NCBI GenBank assembly: GCA_964016885.1
Contig: OZ024746.1
Coordinates: forward strand, 12,090,001 to 12,154,000
Direction: 5' to 3'
DNA length: 64,000 bases
From: Eledone cirrhosa
Lineage: Eukaryota
Positions 13,728 through 28,626 of the stretch are shown piece after piece; position 1 is the stretch's first letter, and every line of letters begins with the position of its first letter. The translations under genes were made by a program, and so were the position numbers. Under the pieces are notes generated by a model. That model ran no database searches, had not been told where the DNA came from, and saw nothing but the letters and a program-made list of their open reading frames with translations.

Positions 13728-14061
13728 GGAGGCACATGGCTTAGTGGTTAGAGCATTGGCCTTGCAATCGAAAGGTTGTGAGTTCAATTCTCAGACCGGG
13801 TGGTGTGTTGTTTCCTTGAGCAAGACACTTTATTTCACATTGCTCCAGTTTACTCAGCTGTAGAAATGAGATGATAGGGACTGAGGTCCTTATCATTCCA
13901 CTGCAAAGTGGTCGTGTAGGTGCCACGGCAAAAAAGCACCCAGCACTCACTGTAAATGAGGTTGGTGTTAGGAAGGGCATCCAGCTGTAGAAATCAAGCC
14001 AGAATCAGTTCCCGTCCCACCCTTGCAAGCAGGGAAAAGCGGACGTAAAATGAAATGATGA
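13728..14061 (+). mobile_element. tRNA-derived SINE with CORE/V-like body and RTE-derived 3' tail
   Basis: A-box tggcttagtggt, B-box gagttcaattc, ccttgagcaagacactt core; the tail is near-identical to the 3' UTR of the RTE at 34451-35598. Confidence 0.85.
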
Positions 14062-14113
14062 TATATGGAGGAAGTTATAGTTCACTTGAAGCATTGTTTA
14101 ATGAGGTATAAAC

Positions 14114-14427
14114 GTTTGTATATGTAAAATAAAGCCAAAACAATGCAGGTATGGACATAGAATAAAGAATGCAAATGCAAAAGATATTGTTGACAATTAG
14201 TCTTTTACCTTAGATTTATTTAAATGTCCTTAATTTTGACTTGGCAAGCTATTTAGAACACTGGTTTAACCGCTTTACTTCCCTCCGAAGAAGAGATATT
14301 ATCTCGAAAATTAAGGACATTTAAATAAATCTAAGGTAAAATATTAATTCTCAACAATATCTTTTGCATTTGCATTCTTTATTCTATGTCTATACCTGCA
14401 TTGTTTTGGTTTTATTATACATATACA

Positions 14428-14430
<3 letters not shown>
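14114..14430. repeat. Long inverted repeat (~125-bp arms) with a hammerhead-like motif; probable Penelope-like terminal remnant
   Basis: 14114-14239 is the reverse complement of 14304-14430 with few mismatches; followed by (TA)n. Confidence 0.8.
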
Positions 14431-14469
<39 letters not shown>

Positions 14470-14474
<5 letters not shown>

Positions 14475-14712
14475 ATATTAAATAAATGGAAACTATATTT
14501 ATAAAACCATATTTATTCTATTATACCAAAACTTTGATACGCTCTCATCAGATAAAATACAAAGTTTGTTTTATAAATATTGACATAACCAGGAAGAAGA
14601 TCTTAACAGTTCAAGTTTTTCCTGGATAGTACCAAAGTTTTGGTACCCTTGAAATATATATAATAGAATAAATATGGTTTTATAAATAGTTTCCATTTAT
14701 TTAATATCATTG
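14470..14712. repeat. Inverted repeat between two (TA)n tracts; probable Penelope-like terminal remnant
   Basis: caatgatattaaataaatggaaactat...ctattata vs tataatagaataaatatgg...ttaatatcattg; contains split hammerhead halves. Confidence 0.75.
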
Positions 14713-14804
14713 AATATTATACTCCAGAAAACTTGTCGAGTGCTTTGAATCAGCTATAAACATTTATATTTGTTGAATTACCAACAAATTAAATATCCTT
14801 TTTG

Positions 14805-14867
<63 letters not shown>

Positions 14868-15329
14868 CCACATAGCAGTCCTGCACCTTGTTTTTACTGA
14901 CTGCTAAATTCAGTTCTTCTCACAGGAAAATGAAAAGCTACACGTGATAGTCTTTGTACCATCCCGGATGAGATTTATCTCTTATTTGGTTAATACAACC
15001 AAAGGGACATTCATGGAACATGGAGGAGGTGGTATATTCTAAATGAAGGAAGCAGAGAGTACTTAGAATGGACCATTGAACAGGTTATTTCCAAGGCTAT
15101 GCTTTCACCTCATAATTTTGTTGACTATTTTTCTGTCTTTCTTAATATTCAAATTTCAAGAAATCTGAAAAATAACAAAATAAACTTAATTATCTTTGTT
15201 TACTATAACAACGTGACAATTTTCTTTTTTTTGTAATTGATAGAGTAAAACATTTTTATATCTAAATATGAAGACATAGCCACAGTGAGCTAACTAATTT
15301 CTCTCTTAAAAAAAGTCTAAAGACTGTCT

Positions 15330-15558
15330 CGAGCTTGGAGGTTCATTAGGCCGGTGTTTATCCTAGTTTCCTTGGTGTTAAGCAACTGTGAGTACAGGAC
15401 ACCAGCCCATCACAGTTAAACCCCAGCTGCTGTTGCTCCTCATTTTCAGCTGAGTATAATGGAGTGTTTTGCTGGAGAACGCAACACCCAGTCCAAGAAT
15501 CAAATCCATAACATTAGGATCGTAAGTCCAACACCCTAACCACTAGGCCACATGCCTC
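15330..15558 (-). mobile_element. tRNA-derived SINE (older, CORE/V-like)
   Basis: Minus strand begins gaggcatgtggcctagtggttagggtgttgg, with a degenerate B-box. Confidence 0.65.
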
Positions 15559-16186
15559 ACAATTTCTTTAGTATAACATAAATAACATTTGGTAAATTAA
15601 TAGTTTGTAACTCTCTCTTTCTTTTCCTTTCCTTTTCTTTACCACCCCTTCCCCCTCTATTTACCCCCTCCCCCTATCCCTCCATCTATCTTTCTACCTT
15701 TCCCTCCCCTGTTTTCTCTATATCTCTCTTTTCACCTCTGTGGTGGTTAAGTTATCCTCATCTAAACATGAATGACTGAAAAGTTAGAGTTCTATAAAAA
15801 CATAGAGTATGATGATGATGATGATGATCCATTCACCCACCTGTATAAAAACGTTGATGTTAATGATAATAATTGTTTCTAATTTTGACACAAGGCCAGC
15901 AATTACCCCCCAGTGCATTACTGGTACTTTATTTCATCGACCCTGTAAGGATGAAAGGCAAAGTTAACCTCGGTAGGATTGATGATCCATTCACCCACCT
16001 GTATAAAAATATAGATGTCAATGATGATGATGATCGTGATCAAAGCTCCATTCACCCAGTTGTTCATTGAGGAGATGACATCAGTTATTTCATTACTTTA
16101 TAAGCTGAGAGTATTTTAGTAGCTCTGCAACTATTCTTGGAAATGTTGCTGCTTCCCATCTTTTAATTTCTTCAATTGACTCATTC

Positions 16187-16640
<454 letters not shown>

Positions 16641-17789
16641 TGAGTGTTAAGGTGTTAGATACAGATAAAATAATGTCTGTAATAAAGTGGGGGGTGGTGG
16701 TGTATTTGTAACATTAATTGCTAATGAAAGGTCAGGAACAGGCCTGTTCGCGAGGAATAATCTTGTATCTTCAGGACATCCAAGTAAACTCCTTTCTTAA
16801 GTATTACTGTCTTCATATATAGGAGATTGTGTTCAGCACAAATAGAACACTATCACAAACAACAACAGATTGAATATTTATTCTTTTCTTAGAAACAAGC
16901 CAGAATGGTGTAGTGATTGTTATTGAAGTATGTTGGATAATCTTCTTTGCTAGAACAATCTCAAAAGGTCTGTCAGAATGACAAAGAATAGGAAATACAC
17001 ATTATTCTTTCAATAGATATTGTTTTTGCTAAAATTTGTTTGATAGATGTAAAGTGAAGTTAGTGTTTCATTTTCTACACTTTCACAAGACCATTTTTTT
17101 TCTCTTCAAAATTTTTTTATGTATAAAGATGCATTATCATCATCATCACCATTTAACATCTATTCTCCATGCTTGGATGGGTTGGATGAGTTGTCATGTT
17201 ATGAGGTTAGCCAAGTTAGGTGACCAAGTTTTTCTTATATGATTTGTTTTGCATTAGGAAGAGTGTCAGACCATAGAAAACCTAGCACCAACCACATTAC
17301 AGTGTGTACTGGGTGTACTGTGGCACTTTACAGGGTTATACGCACTCATGCAAGTACACATACACCGATATTAAACATGGGTGTCATCATTATTATTATA
17401 CATCTGCTCTTCCATACTGCTATGGAGTGGACCTACATGTGCATGTGTTACCATCAGCCACCAAACCTCTCTTTTTCTACATCCATTTTCTATAAACCCA
17501 CTCACCCATAGCTCAACTTTTCTTCTTCCCATCCCCACCACTCTAACTCTTCCATTTTCTACTCACAATTCCTACTTCTTTGCTACTTTTGCAACAAAAA
17601 ACCAGGATTTTGTGACTCAGTCTCATCTAAACACCCACCATTTTGTGCAAGGTGACAACTCATACAGAATTGTTCTCAATACCCTTCTTCAAGCCTGCAA
17701 TGTTGATCATACTTCATCCGTTACAGCCTGCACTGGTCTCACTCTACCTTCATATCTTTAATTGCTTTGTCTATTACACAATGATGACA

Positions 17790-18113
17790 ATGATACAAAA
17801 AAAACAGCACAGCTCCCATGACTTTCGTAGACATTTTTTCACGCTCAGAGTTGCTGAAGCATGGAACAAACTGCCTGCGTCAGTTGTTAGCTGCCGAGAC
17901 ACTGCATCCTTTAAGACACTCATGCTTCCCGAAATACGCCAAAACTACACCTGATGTACCCCTTCTATACACATGCACACATGTGTGTATCATGACTCAT
18001 GCACTGTTCATTTTCCTGATGGTTGTATATTACCCTATGTACTATACATACACTTTTGATGAGTTGTAGTGCACCTGAGCACTGTACACAATATTTCATT
18101 GTTATTATTATTA
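17790..18113 (+). mobile_element. CR1-like LINE 3' end
   Basis: KQHSSHDFRRHFFTLRVAEAWNKLPASVV..FK C-terminal motif, stop codon, short 3' UTR and (TTA)n tail. Confidence 0.85.
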
Positions 18114-20311
18114 AACCCACAAACATACATACACATGTACATATATAGGCCTGTATACACACATATATAGGCATGTACTTAAACATAATACATACACATA
18201 TATAGGCCATACACATGCATACAATCTCTGTATAATTATGTTGACATTCAAACTTCAATGACATCTTCCTACAGGATCATTCACATATACAAGACAAATT
18301 GAGTTCAAACTATGATGTATCAATTACAATAATTCATAATCCCCACATATAGTATAGAGCTTGTAATATCTTGATTACCTTAGGCTTACAAGCTGAAATC
18401 AACTCTGAATTTTTACTCAAGATCTGCTTAACATTATTCTTATTTAAGATCTTATTTGTCTACGAACAGTTGTAGATGTGGCCCCATGATCCAGTTTAAT
18501 ATGTTGATATATGCAACCATATATATAACTGTTTGTATGCAAGTTTTTTTTATGTCAACACATATGCATATCTGTTTATATCTTAAGAATAATCAATTTT
18601 CCAAAACTAATTTTGAATAAAAAACATGAATCTATACACTATTCTAATGCAAATATACCTAAATAAATGTAATTTAAACTTAACCCCATATCCAACTTGC
18701 TCACCTCTTCTTCAGCTACCATCATAATTGTTGGATCCACACAGTACAGCATATTGGTGGGTTCAGTATGGTTCTTGAACTTGTTATAACTGGGAATAAG
18801 GATCTGCTGAGTCAGGCCTTGTCATTCAAACAACTACATGCCTACCATAGAATCTATTCTTATGTCTTCCTTAGTTTAAATCTTCTGCATGCTCTTTTCA
18901 CCTGGATCATTTTTCTTCATTTAAAAAAGAAATATTTTCCCGTTTTCCTTTTCTTTTAAAATTCTATTTTCTTTCTCTATTTTCATATTTTCTTTCCTTT
19001 TCCATTTCCTCATGCTTCACATTTCATCTCCTTCATTTTAATCCCATTCATAGTGCTTCTGCTTTCTGAGATTTTCTTTCCCCTCGAATTTCACCCCTTC
19101 ACATTTCTTTTCCCTTCACATTTCTTTCCCCCTTCAAATTTTCTTTCCCTTTCACATTTCTTTTCCCTTCACATTTTCTTTCCTCTTCACATTTCACCCC
19201 CTTATGTTTTCTTTTATTCCTCCCCTTCTATTCTTTCCACCTTCACTTTTTCTTTTATTTTCCTCATATTTATTTCTTTTATCACCTTTTCTTTATTTTT
19301 CATTTATTTTTCCTCCTCCCATTCACTTTTTTGATTTCTTCTGCTTCACATAATTTTTATCTTTGGTATATATCTTTGTATTTTTTGTTTTCTTTGTTTT
19401 GGCATTTATTTTTTGCATTTTCTTTGTTTCATCTTCACCCCCCCCCCCCTGCAATGTTGCCATGGCATATGAGGCAGTCTTTAGGGCTCTCTAAAATCAA
19501 ACCAAACCTATTTGTCTCTAAGCCTTTTCATTCTCTCTTTTAATCAATTTTATCAATTTGCTCTACTTTAATTTGCTGTATTTGTGTTTAGAAGTACAAG
19601 TAACCCAAACCATTAAATTAATTTCACAAACCTTCCACTTAACATACTTACTCTTGGTGTATAATTTACTTTATAGACAGATTAAATCAAGGCAACTAAT
19701 GATAGAGAGGTGTGTATATAAGAGAGAGAGAGAGAGAGAGAGAGAGCTATATGCCAAGAAAATAGCGCTATAGCACTTGATTGAATGGAAAAATTCCAAT
19801 GAAGGTTAAAAATGATGTTCTTACTATGTATTTTATGTTGTCTAAGTAGAACAATGTAGTCTGGTAGAGATGAATGAAACCCATTCTTTTTCACAGCATA
19901 ATCTAATAAAATTTGGACTCAACATTACTAGATATCACAAGATACAGATTCAGTGAGATGACATAAATTGTTGATCATTTGGTTGGCAGCCAGACATCCT
20001 ATCAACTAATTCAGTTAGTATCATCATAATGCAAAGAATATAAAAAAACAACTAGAAATAAATTTTTGATGAGGGGATGGAGAAGTATTATCAAGTCATT
20101 AAGTCTGAAATGTCTTAAAGAAATCGGACATTTCATACTTAAGAACTGAATATTGTCAAGTGTTGGAGACAATCTGGGATATGTTTTTGTATTATTCTGA
20201 TCTTATAAGCAAACAATTATATTCACTATATTTGCTAAAGTAGTTGTGATAGAATCAGTAAACAAATGTACAGGATTATACTTTAGTTATAAAATATAGA
20301 AGTGTTTAGAA

Positions 20312-22075
<1,764 letters not shown>

Positions 22076-22080
22076 AGATA

Positions 22081-22321
22081 TCCTTTTAATACCAAACTGC
22101 CTGAAACTAGGTTCTATGATACAAAATCCTTTATTTTAAAGTGATTAAATTTATCTAAAAACCTTTCATCCCTAGTTTATGTCAGAACCTTTGTTATACC
22201 CTGAACACCAGATCAATAATGAGAAAGTTATATTATTAATCCTTCCGTATTTTTGATTATTTTCAGAATTAATTTAAAATCATAGGCAATGTATTTTATG
22301 AGAAATATGGTAACAAAAGGG
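22081..22321. mobile_element. piggyBac-like MITE, same family as 36316-36567, opposite orientation
   Basis: Right end gaaatatggtaacaaaaggg|ttaa is the near reverse complement of the left end of the 36316 copy. Confidence 0.6.
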
Positions 22322-23057
22322 TTAAATAAGTGATACACCAATAATATATGCCTATACTTTACAATCAAGAGTGATATGGTAACTTTATATGACACTTTGA
22401 TATCAATCCACCTAAAACTGGCTCAAATACTTAGTTATATTGATAGTGTGTGTGTGTGAGAGAGAGAAAGAAAGATTTGTATTTACTACTCACTGTTTAA
22501 GGGTTAGTCTGCCTCGTTGACCCAGCAGACAGAATGGAGAAGACATTGCCCCAGAGAATGGCGAAGGAGATGTGCTGGAACAGCCACTCTAACTCGCTAG
22601 ACTCACACTTGTGGGTAGCCAACTTCATACCCTACAGTAGAAGTAAAGGATCAACCAAATGATTCCATGATCTTGTTTTGATTCCAAATTATTGTAATTT
22701 AGCTTCACAATGATCATCAGCCTCCTTTGTTCTGGTGCTATGATAAAACACAACCAGTAAACCTTGTAAGGTGGTTGGTGACAGGAAGGATATCTACTGT
22801 TCAACTGTGTCGAAACATAACTACTTCCCTGGTGTTGGCACTATGATTGCACCGCAGTTCTCACTCTGTAGAGTGAGGGAACTTACATATGTAAACAAGA
22901 TGGGTCCTGGCCCATCTGAGAGACCAGTGGTTTTAAATAAGTACTAACTTGGTCTGTTATGACCTGTTCAACCTTTATTAGCAGGGAAAATGGATGTTAA
23001 ATGATGATGATAACTAATGATCCCGAGAAATACATGGATGTTACACAATCTATTTTT

Positions 23058-23099
<42 letters not shown>

Positions 23100-23428
23100 A
23101 AAAAAATATATATAGCATTGAACCTTGTAAGAAATTTGTATATAATATATTGTGTGTCATTGAGTCGAAGTAAGGTACTTGTCAGCAGCTGTATATTGAT
23201 AATGTGTCGGAGAAAGTTATGTCACATTGTATTTAAAATTGATGTCCTCTTTTAAAAAAAATATCTATATAACTTGCATGTGTATAAACTGTTTTAATTG
23301 AACACTAGATTAATTTCTAATTAGCATAATTTCTATCCTATAGGTTCTTAACCAACTATACAAAACTTGCAGAACACTTTTGAGAGTTTATTCATTAATT
23401 TTAATTTTTTTTTTGTCTTTATCTGTAG

Positions 23429-23574
23429 GATCAGAAAGTAATATGGAACAGTCTCCACAACATTATGATGGATTTAATTTCCATGCGACGTACCTTACTA
23501 GCAGATACCCAGACCCAGGATAACTGTCAAGAACTCAAAATGAAGATTACTCGTAAAATTGACTGGGGAAACAA
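23429..23574 (+). CDS. DOCK3: DOCK3/4-like exon (DQKVIWNSLHNIMMDLISMRRTLLADTQTQDNCQELKMKITRKIDWGN)
   Basis: tgtag|GAT...AACAA|gtaagt, 146 nt, phase 0-2. Ends in IDWGN, as in DOCK3/4 (LDWGN). Confidence 0.93.
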
Positions 23575-23844
23575 GTAAGTATTATATTTTTTAAAGAGGT
23601 TTTGTTATCAAAAGCTGGTTTAAAATCTAACTTTCAATATTTAGCTTAATTTAGTTGTTTGCTTTTATTTTATACCATTCAAGGTTGGTGTTTTTGAAAT
23701 TGAATTTCTTATAATCTTGCCAGAATTAGGATCTCGTGAACAGCATATACTAGAGTAGTTTCCTGTGGCCTAGTGCAGGCACAAAGGAAGGCTTGAATTC
23801 AACATTGTAAGCTAATAAAGTGGATTTGTTTTGTAAATTATACT

Positions 23845-24160
23845 GTACACTGCACATTGTGGTCATACTGGTGCCATGACAAAAAGCAGCCAGTAAGGTG
23901 GTAGAGCTGGTGCCATGATGAAAAGTATCCAGTCTACCCTGTAATGTGGTAGAGCTGGTGCCATGAAGAAAAGTACCCAGTCCATCCTGTAAAATCTCAC
24001 AGTACATGCTGTAAAGTGGTTGGTGTTAGGAAGGGCATCCAACTGTAGAAAACCAAGCCCCAAATGGATTGTATGAGCAAGACATGGTTGCCTGATCTGT
24101 CTAGTCACATATTAAGGCAGCCTGCCTCATGTAAACATGCAAACCAGATGATGATGATGA
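23845..24160 (+). repeat. RTE 3' UTR remnant with tandem subrepeats
   Basis: ctggtgccatgacaaaaagc-type units x3, then aagtggttggtgttaggaagggcatcc and a (GAT)n tail. Confidence 0.7.
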
Positions 24161-24488
24161 ATGTATTCTAATTGTACTCTAAAGCCAGGCTATAGGGACT
24201 TAAGTGCCATGGCCATTCATACAATAGTACTGTTGATTGAATATGGAAGGGTGATTGTTTGGTTGGGAATCTGACACTGTAAACCTTACTCTTTTGACTT
24301 AATTATATAACATTTTTATGTAACTTATCATTGGATTATTTTCAAAAATGTTTTTATATAAGTATGAATATTACCATCTAACAAGAAATAGTTGATGAAT
24401 TTAAGATTTTTACACAATTTCACACTATAAATGCCAATGGCAATAGATGTATATTTTATTTTGTCTACATTCTCTGTTTGCTTTCTAG

Positions 24489-24609
24489 AACACTTTCCTT
24501 AGATTTGGTACCTCGTTTAAATGGAGAGCAGGTTGATGCTGATAAAATCAGTATCGTTCAGCTCTATCGGATTCACGAAGAAAGTGATTCTATTTTACGA
24601 AATACAAAG
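24489..24609 (+). CDS. DOCK3: DOCK3/4-like exon (TLSLDLVPRLNGEQVDADKISIVQLYRIHEESDSILRNTK)
   Basis: tctag|A...AAG|gtaaat, 121 nt, phase 2-0. LDLVPR motif typical of DOCK3/4. Confidence 0.93.
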
Positions 24610-26257
24610 GTAAATTGCACATACAATTTTGCTACGTAATCAGTGATGTAATTAAAATATTAGACACTAGAATTTAATTTTGTTGATCTATTTGATATTC
24701 AAAAATGAACCTTAAAAGCTGTTTTATGAACATTCTTCATAAAAAAATATGAATAAAGACCTTTTGTATCTGTTTAAAAATAAAAAATTGGCATGTTTCT
24801 AAAGTCACTGTATTAATGGAGTATATAATTTTACAGTTAAATGCTACTCTTAAAACTAATTACTAAATTATGCAAGGTCTATTTGATGACATTTTAGCAA
24901 TGTTAAAATTTATCCGCTTCTGTTACATTTGCCAGACTTGTATGTTTCTTATATATTCACTCATTGTCAAATGAAAGCATTCTACTGTTTTAGTCTACAC
25001 TTTTGTAAAGAAAGCAATTACAATGTGTTGTAATCTCTAAATAGAAGTAGCTAGACTATGTGTGAGATATATAACTGGGTTATGTCTGAGAAATGGGCAA
25101 AATTCCAAACACTGTTTAGATGGGTCAATTTTGAAATTCTCATGAGTGGAGATTATATTTATGAAGTTTTAATATTTTGATATTTAAAACTTAGAATTTG
25201 AAGTCAGTGAAAAATCATCAAAATATTGACCTCAAATATAAGTTGACTCCATTTTACCATTGATTATTTTGTCACATTTTTCTCGGCTAATATATGAGTA
25301 TATACGGTACTTCAATTTTGCTTGCTAGAATATGGCTACCAATCTGTCAGACAGTCAACCTTTTCTGAATGAAAATTCATCTCTTATTCCTTTAGAATCT
25401 GTAGAGTGACATATAAACTGCTTTATGATATTTAGTTATGACCCTTTATATTCTGAATTCATATCTTGCTTGGATCAACTTTACCTTTAATCCTTCTGAT
25501 GTTGATAAAATAAGTATTTGTCAATTATCAGGCTGTACATCACTTCCTCACACCCTTGAAATGTGTTTCCTTGTGTCTATGTCAGGAATCCTTCTTCTTA
25601 CACCTGTTATTATTGGTCACAATGTTGCATCATTATAAACTGAGTTTTTAAAATCATTTGTGTCGTGTTTCTGACAATAATTTTTATTAATTCTCTCCAG
25701 ACATTATGTTCTTTGCATCAATAAGATCATTGCTTATTGTTCTACAACAGAGAGAAGATAATTACTATGGTGATTTACATGATAAACACACTCAGTGACT
25801 CTGTAAATGGTTGGTAATTGGAAGGGCATCCAATCATAGAAAACTTGCCTAACTACGGGTCAGGAGGACTTTTCAGCTGTGTGATAGACATAACAAACTC
25901 CCCAGTGCAGGTGCTATGATAAAGTGCACTTGGTAGAGTGTGGGATCATATATAAACAAGATATAGGCGACCTGCCTATCAGTATGATCAGTAGCTTCAC
26001 TTGACAGTCTCTGATGAAATGTCCAACACTTACTAGCAGGGAAAACAAACATTAATTGATGATGATGATGATTATGTTATTGTACATTATGAAGGGATTA
26101 GCTCAACCTATTTGATATATTCAAGTGGGTCATACATGTAAAAATAATTCAGAGTAGTTTCAAATTCCAAACTGTATTCTACTTCTGGGACACTGTTTAT
26201 CTAGTTGTTTCATATTTTCTAAATATTATTTGTAAATTACATTTCTTCTCATTGCAG

Positions 26258-26406
26258 GCAAGAAAAGCTGAGAGAGATAGCAATGAAGGCAAAATGCTTA
26301 ATATTGCCAACATTCTTGTCAACTTCAAGACCTTTCCTTGTAATCTAAATGAAGATAAAGAACTCTATTTTTCCATATATGATTTCAGTGAATCGAAATT
26401 CATTAG
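26258..26406 (+). CDS. DOCK3: DOCK3/4-like exon (ARKAERD...EDKELYFSIYDFSESKFI)
   Basis: tgcag|GCA...ATTAG|gttagt, 149 nt, phase 0-2. FSxYD...KFISE motif. Confidence 0.92.
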
Positions 26407-27166
26407 GTTAGTATCAAATTATAATAATGCAGTTTTTGTTATTATTATTAGCCCTGTATGGCTAATAAATAAATCATTATTATTATTTTTTTTCCTGCTT
26501 AAATGAATGGTTTGAGTGCAGGAAATTTACTAGAGCTTGAATATCATCAGATTCTGTGAAACTTAACTAGTATGTTTTTAGTTAGAGGTAGTGCTTTGCT
26601 AAAATGGCTTAATATAATTTGACTTATTCAAGGAATCAGCTCTCTCGCTTGTTCATCAAAAAATCCAAAGTACATTACATTCTTGAACGATATGAACTGA
26701 CTTGATGTTCCATTAAATGTCTGATATACTTTGATTTTAGTTTAATTATAATTCTTTGGACCATTAACTTCAGAAATTAACCTTTTATTATATTTACATT
26801 AAATTTCAAGTGGTTTGATCTTTGATTGTGATCAGATATCTTGTTCTCAGGTGCATAAATAGTACTAAACTGTGCCAGGGGCCGAGAAAATAAGGGTTTA
26901 GAAATAAAGGTCCCTAGTTTGAATCTAATCTGGTATTATTACACTTCTATGACATTTGACAATGAACAGAGATCAAATTGATTAAAATATAGTGTTAGAT
27001 GTAAACAGTAAAATAAAACTTAAAAATTGTAATTTAATTAATGTCTTGTTTTATGTTTGTAATGCATTGGTCTGTATTTTCTTTGTTATAAATTAGATAT
27101 TTGTTAGAAATCTGTACCAGTGTAACCACAACTGATTGGTTGAAACTAGTAAAAGAATAAAATAAT

Positions 27167-27351
27167 TGTTTCTACTTTAGGCACAAGGCCAGCAATCATC
27201 CAGTTCATTACTGGTACTTTATTTTATCGACCCCGTAAGGATGAAAGGCAAAGTCAACCTCGGCGGGATTTGAACTCAGATCGTAAAGGGACGTAACTAT
27301 GCTGGAAAGCATGGCGTCCAACCCTCTACCGATACTGCCAATCCACTGCCC
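27167..27351 (-). mobile_element. Full-length young tRNA-SINE with 18-bp TSD
   Basis: Flanked by the direct repeat gtaaaagaataaaataat (27149-27166 and 27352-27369); followed by an older copy to ~27560. Confidence 0.9.
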
Positions 27352-28544
27352 GTAAAAGAATAAAATAATGGTTTCTGATTTAGATACGAGGCCAACAATT
27401 TTATGGGCAGGGAAATTAATTAAATTGATTCCACTGCATTACTGGTACTTTATTTTATCGAGGATTAAAGGCAAAGCTAAGCTTTTAACAGGATTTGAAC
27501 TCAGAATGTAAAAGGCTGCCAAACATATTTTCTGATGCTCTAGCAACACTGCCAATCTACCAATTAAATTGTCCAGGAATACTTTTCCAGATAAGCAGTT
27601 TGTTGAGTTTTAGTTTAAGTTAAAATTAGTATTTTGATTGTAGTGATGGTGGACTGGTAGAATCATTTGAGTATCAGTATGGCTAAAGCGAATCATTCTG
27701 GTTTTATTTTTGCATTCTGAGTTTAAATCCCACCAAAGTCAACTTTGTTTTTCACCCTTTCAGGGTCAATAGATTACAAGTCAAATATTGAGGTCGATTC
27801 TTTTACTTTAGAAGGAATTGGTTATGGTCCAGTTTGTAGGAGTATGCTCTGCCAAATTTAGATGCCCAAGATACATGCAAGATATGTTATGATGGTGTCC
27901 CTACAACTTCATTAAAAGTTAAGGGTCCAAGGTAAAGCAAGATATATCATGTTGACAGAAATGATAGAATATTGGACAAAATACCATACTTTATTTAATT
28001 TCTTTCTTACTATTTTCTGAGTATATATCACACCTAGATTGATTTTGCCTTTCATCCCCCTGGGACAGAGATAGATTAACCATTAAGCAAAATAAGGGAA
28101 GAGAGGCAATATTTTATTCAAATTAAATGCATTTGTCATTTAAAAAAAAAAAAAATTGCTTTGCAGACTTTATAAATGGAGGGAATGGCACCATAATCTT
28201 CTAAGTGCTTAGGGCTTTAAAAGGACTTAATCTCACCCTGCTCTGAAGTCACTCTAATAAATACCAGGCATATCTTGAGGTCAATTTAATCAACTGTACT
28301 ATACATTAACAACTTTGTGGCCTTGCATCTATTTAAGAAATCATTATAATAACCAAATAAAAGGAAAATAAAGAACATGTGGTGATGTTAAGAGGACACA
28401 GAAATATTAGTATTGAAATGGTGGGAGGGGGAGGCATGTGTAAAGCAATGATGGTGATGCTGATGATGAATTTTGTTCCATTCATTCAGTTTGGTTTATT
28501 ACTATCATAGAATTTTTATTTCGTTCTCTTTGTCACTTCTCTAG

Positions 28545-28626
28545 TGAACGTTTCCTCGTCTCAGTTAATGATCAGGGAATGACACAACCCATTGAAAAAT
28601 TAAACAACTGTTATGGTCTATTTTTG
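28545..28626 (+). CDS. DOCK3: DOCK3/4-like exon (SERFLVSVNDQGMTQPIEKLNNCYGLFL)
   Basis: ctag|T...TTG|gtaagt, 82 nt, phase 2-0. SERFLV is identical to the DOCK3 motif as I recall it. Confidence 0.92.

Noticed and set aside
13728-13800. tRNA gene
   Set aside because: A/B boxes run directly into a SINE body and LINE tail; this is a SINE head, not a tRNA cloverleaf gene.
14926-15043. Possible exon after cttctcacag
   Set aside because: Phase-0 reading reaches TAA without a convincing donor and shows no DOCK homology.
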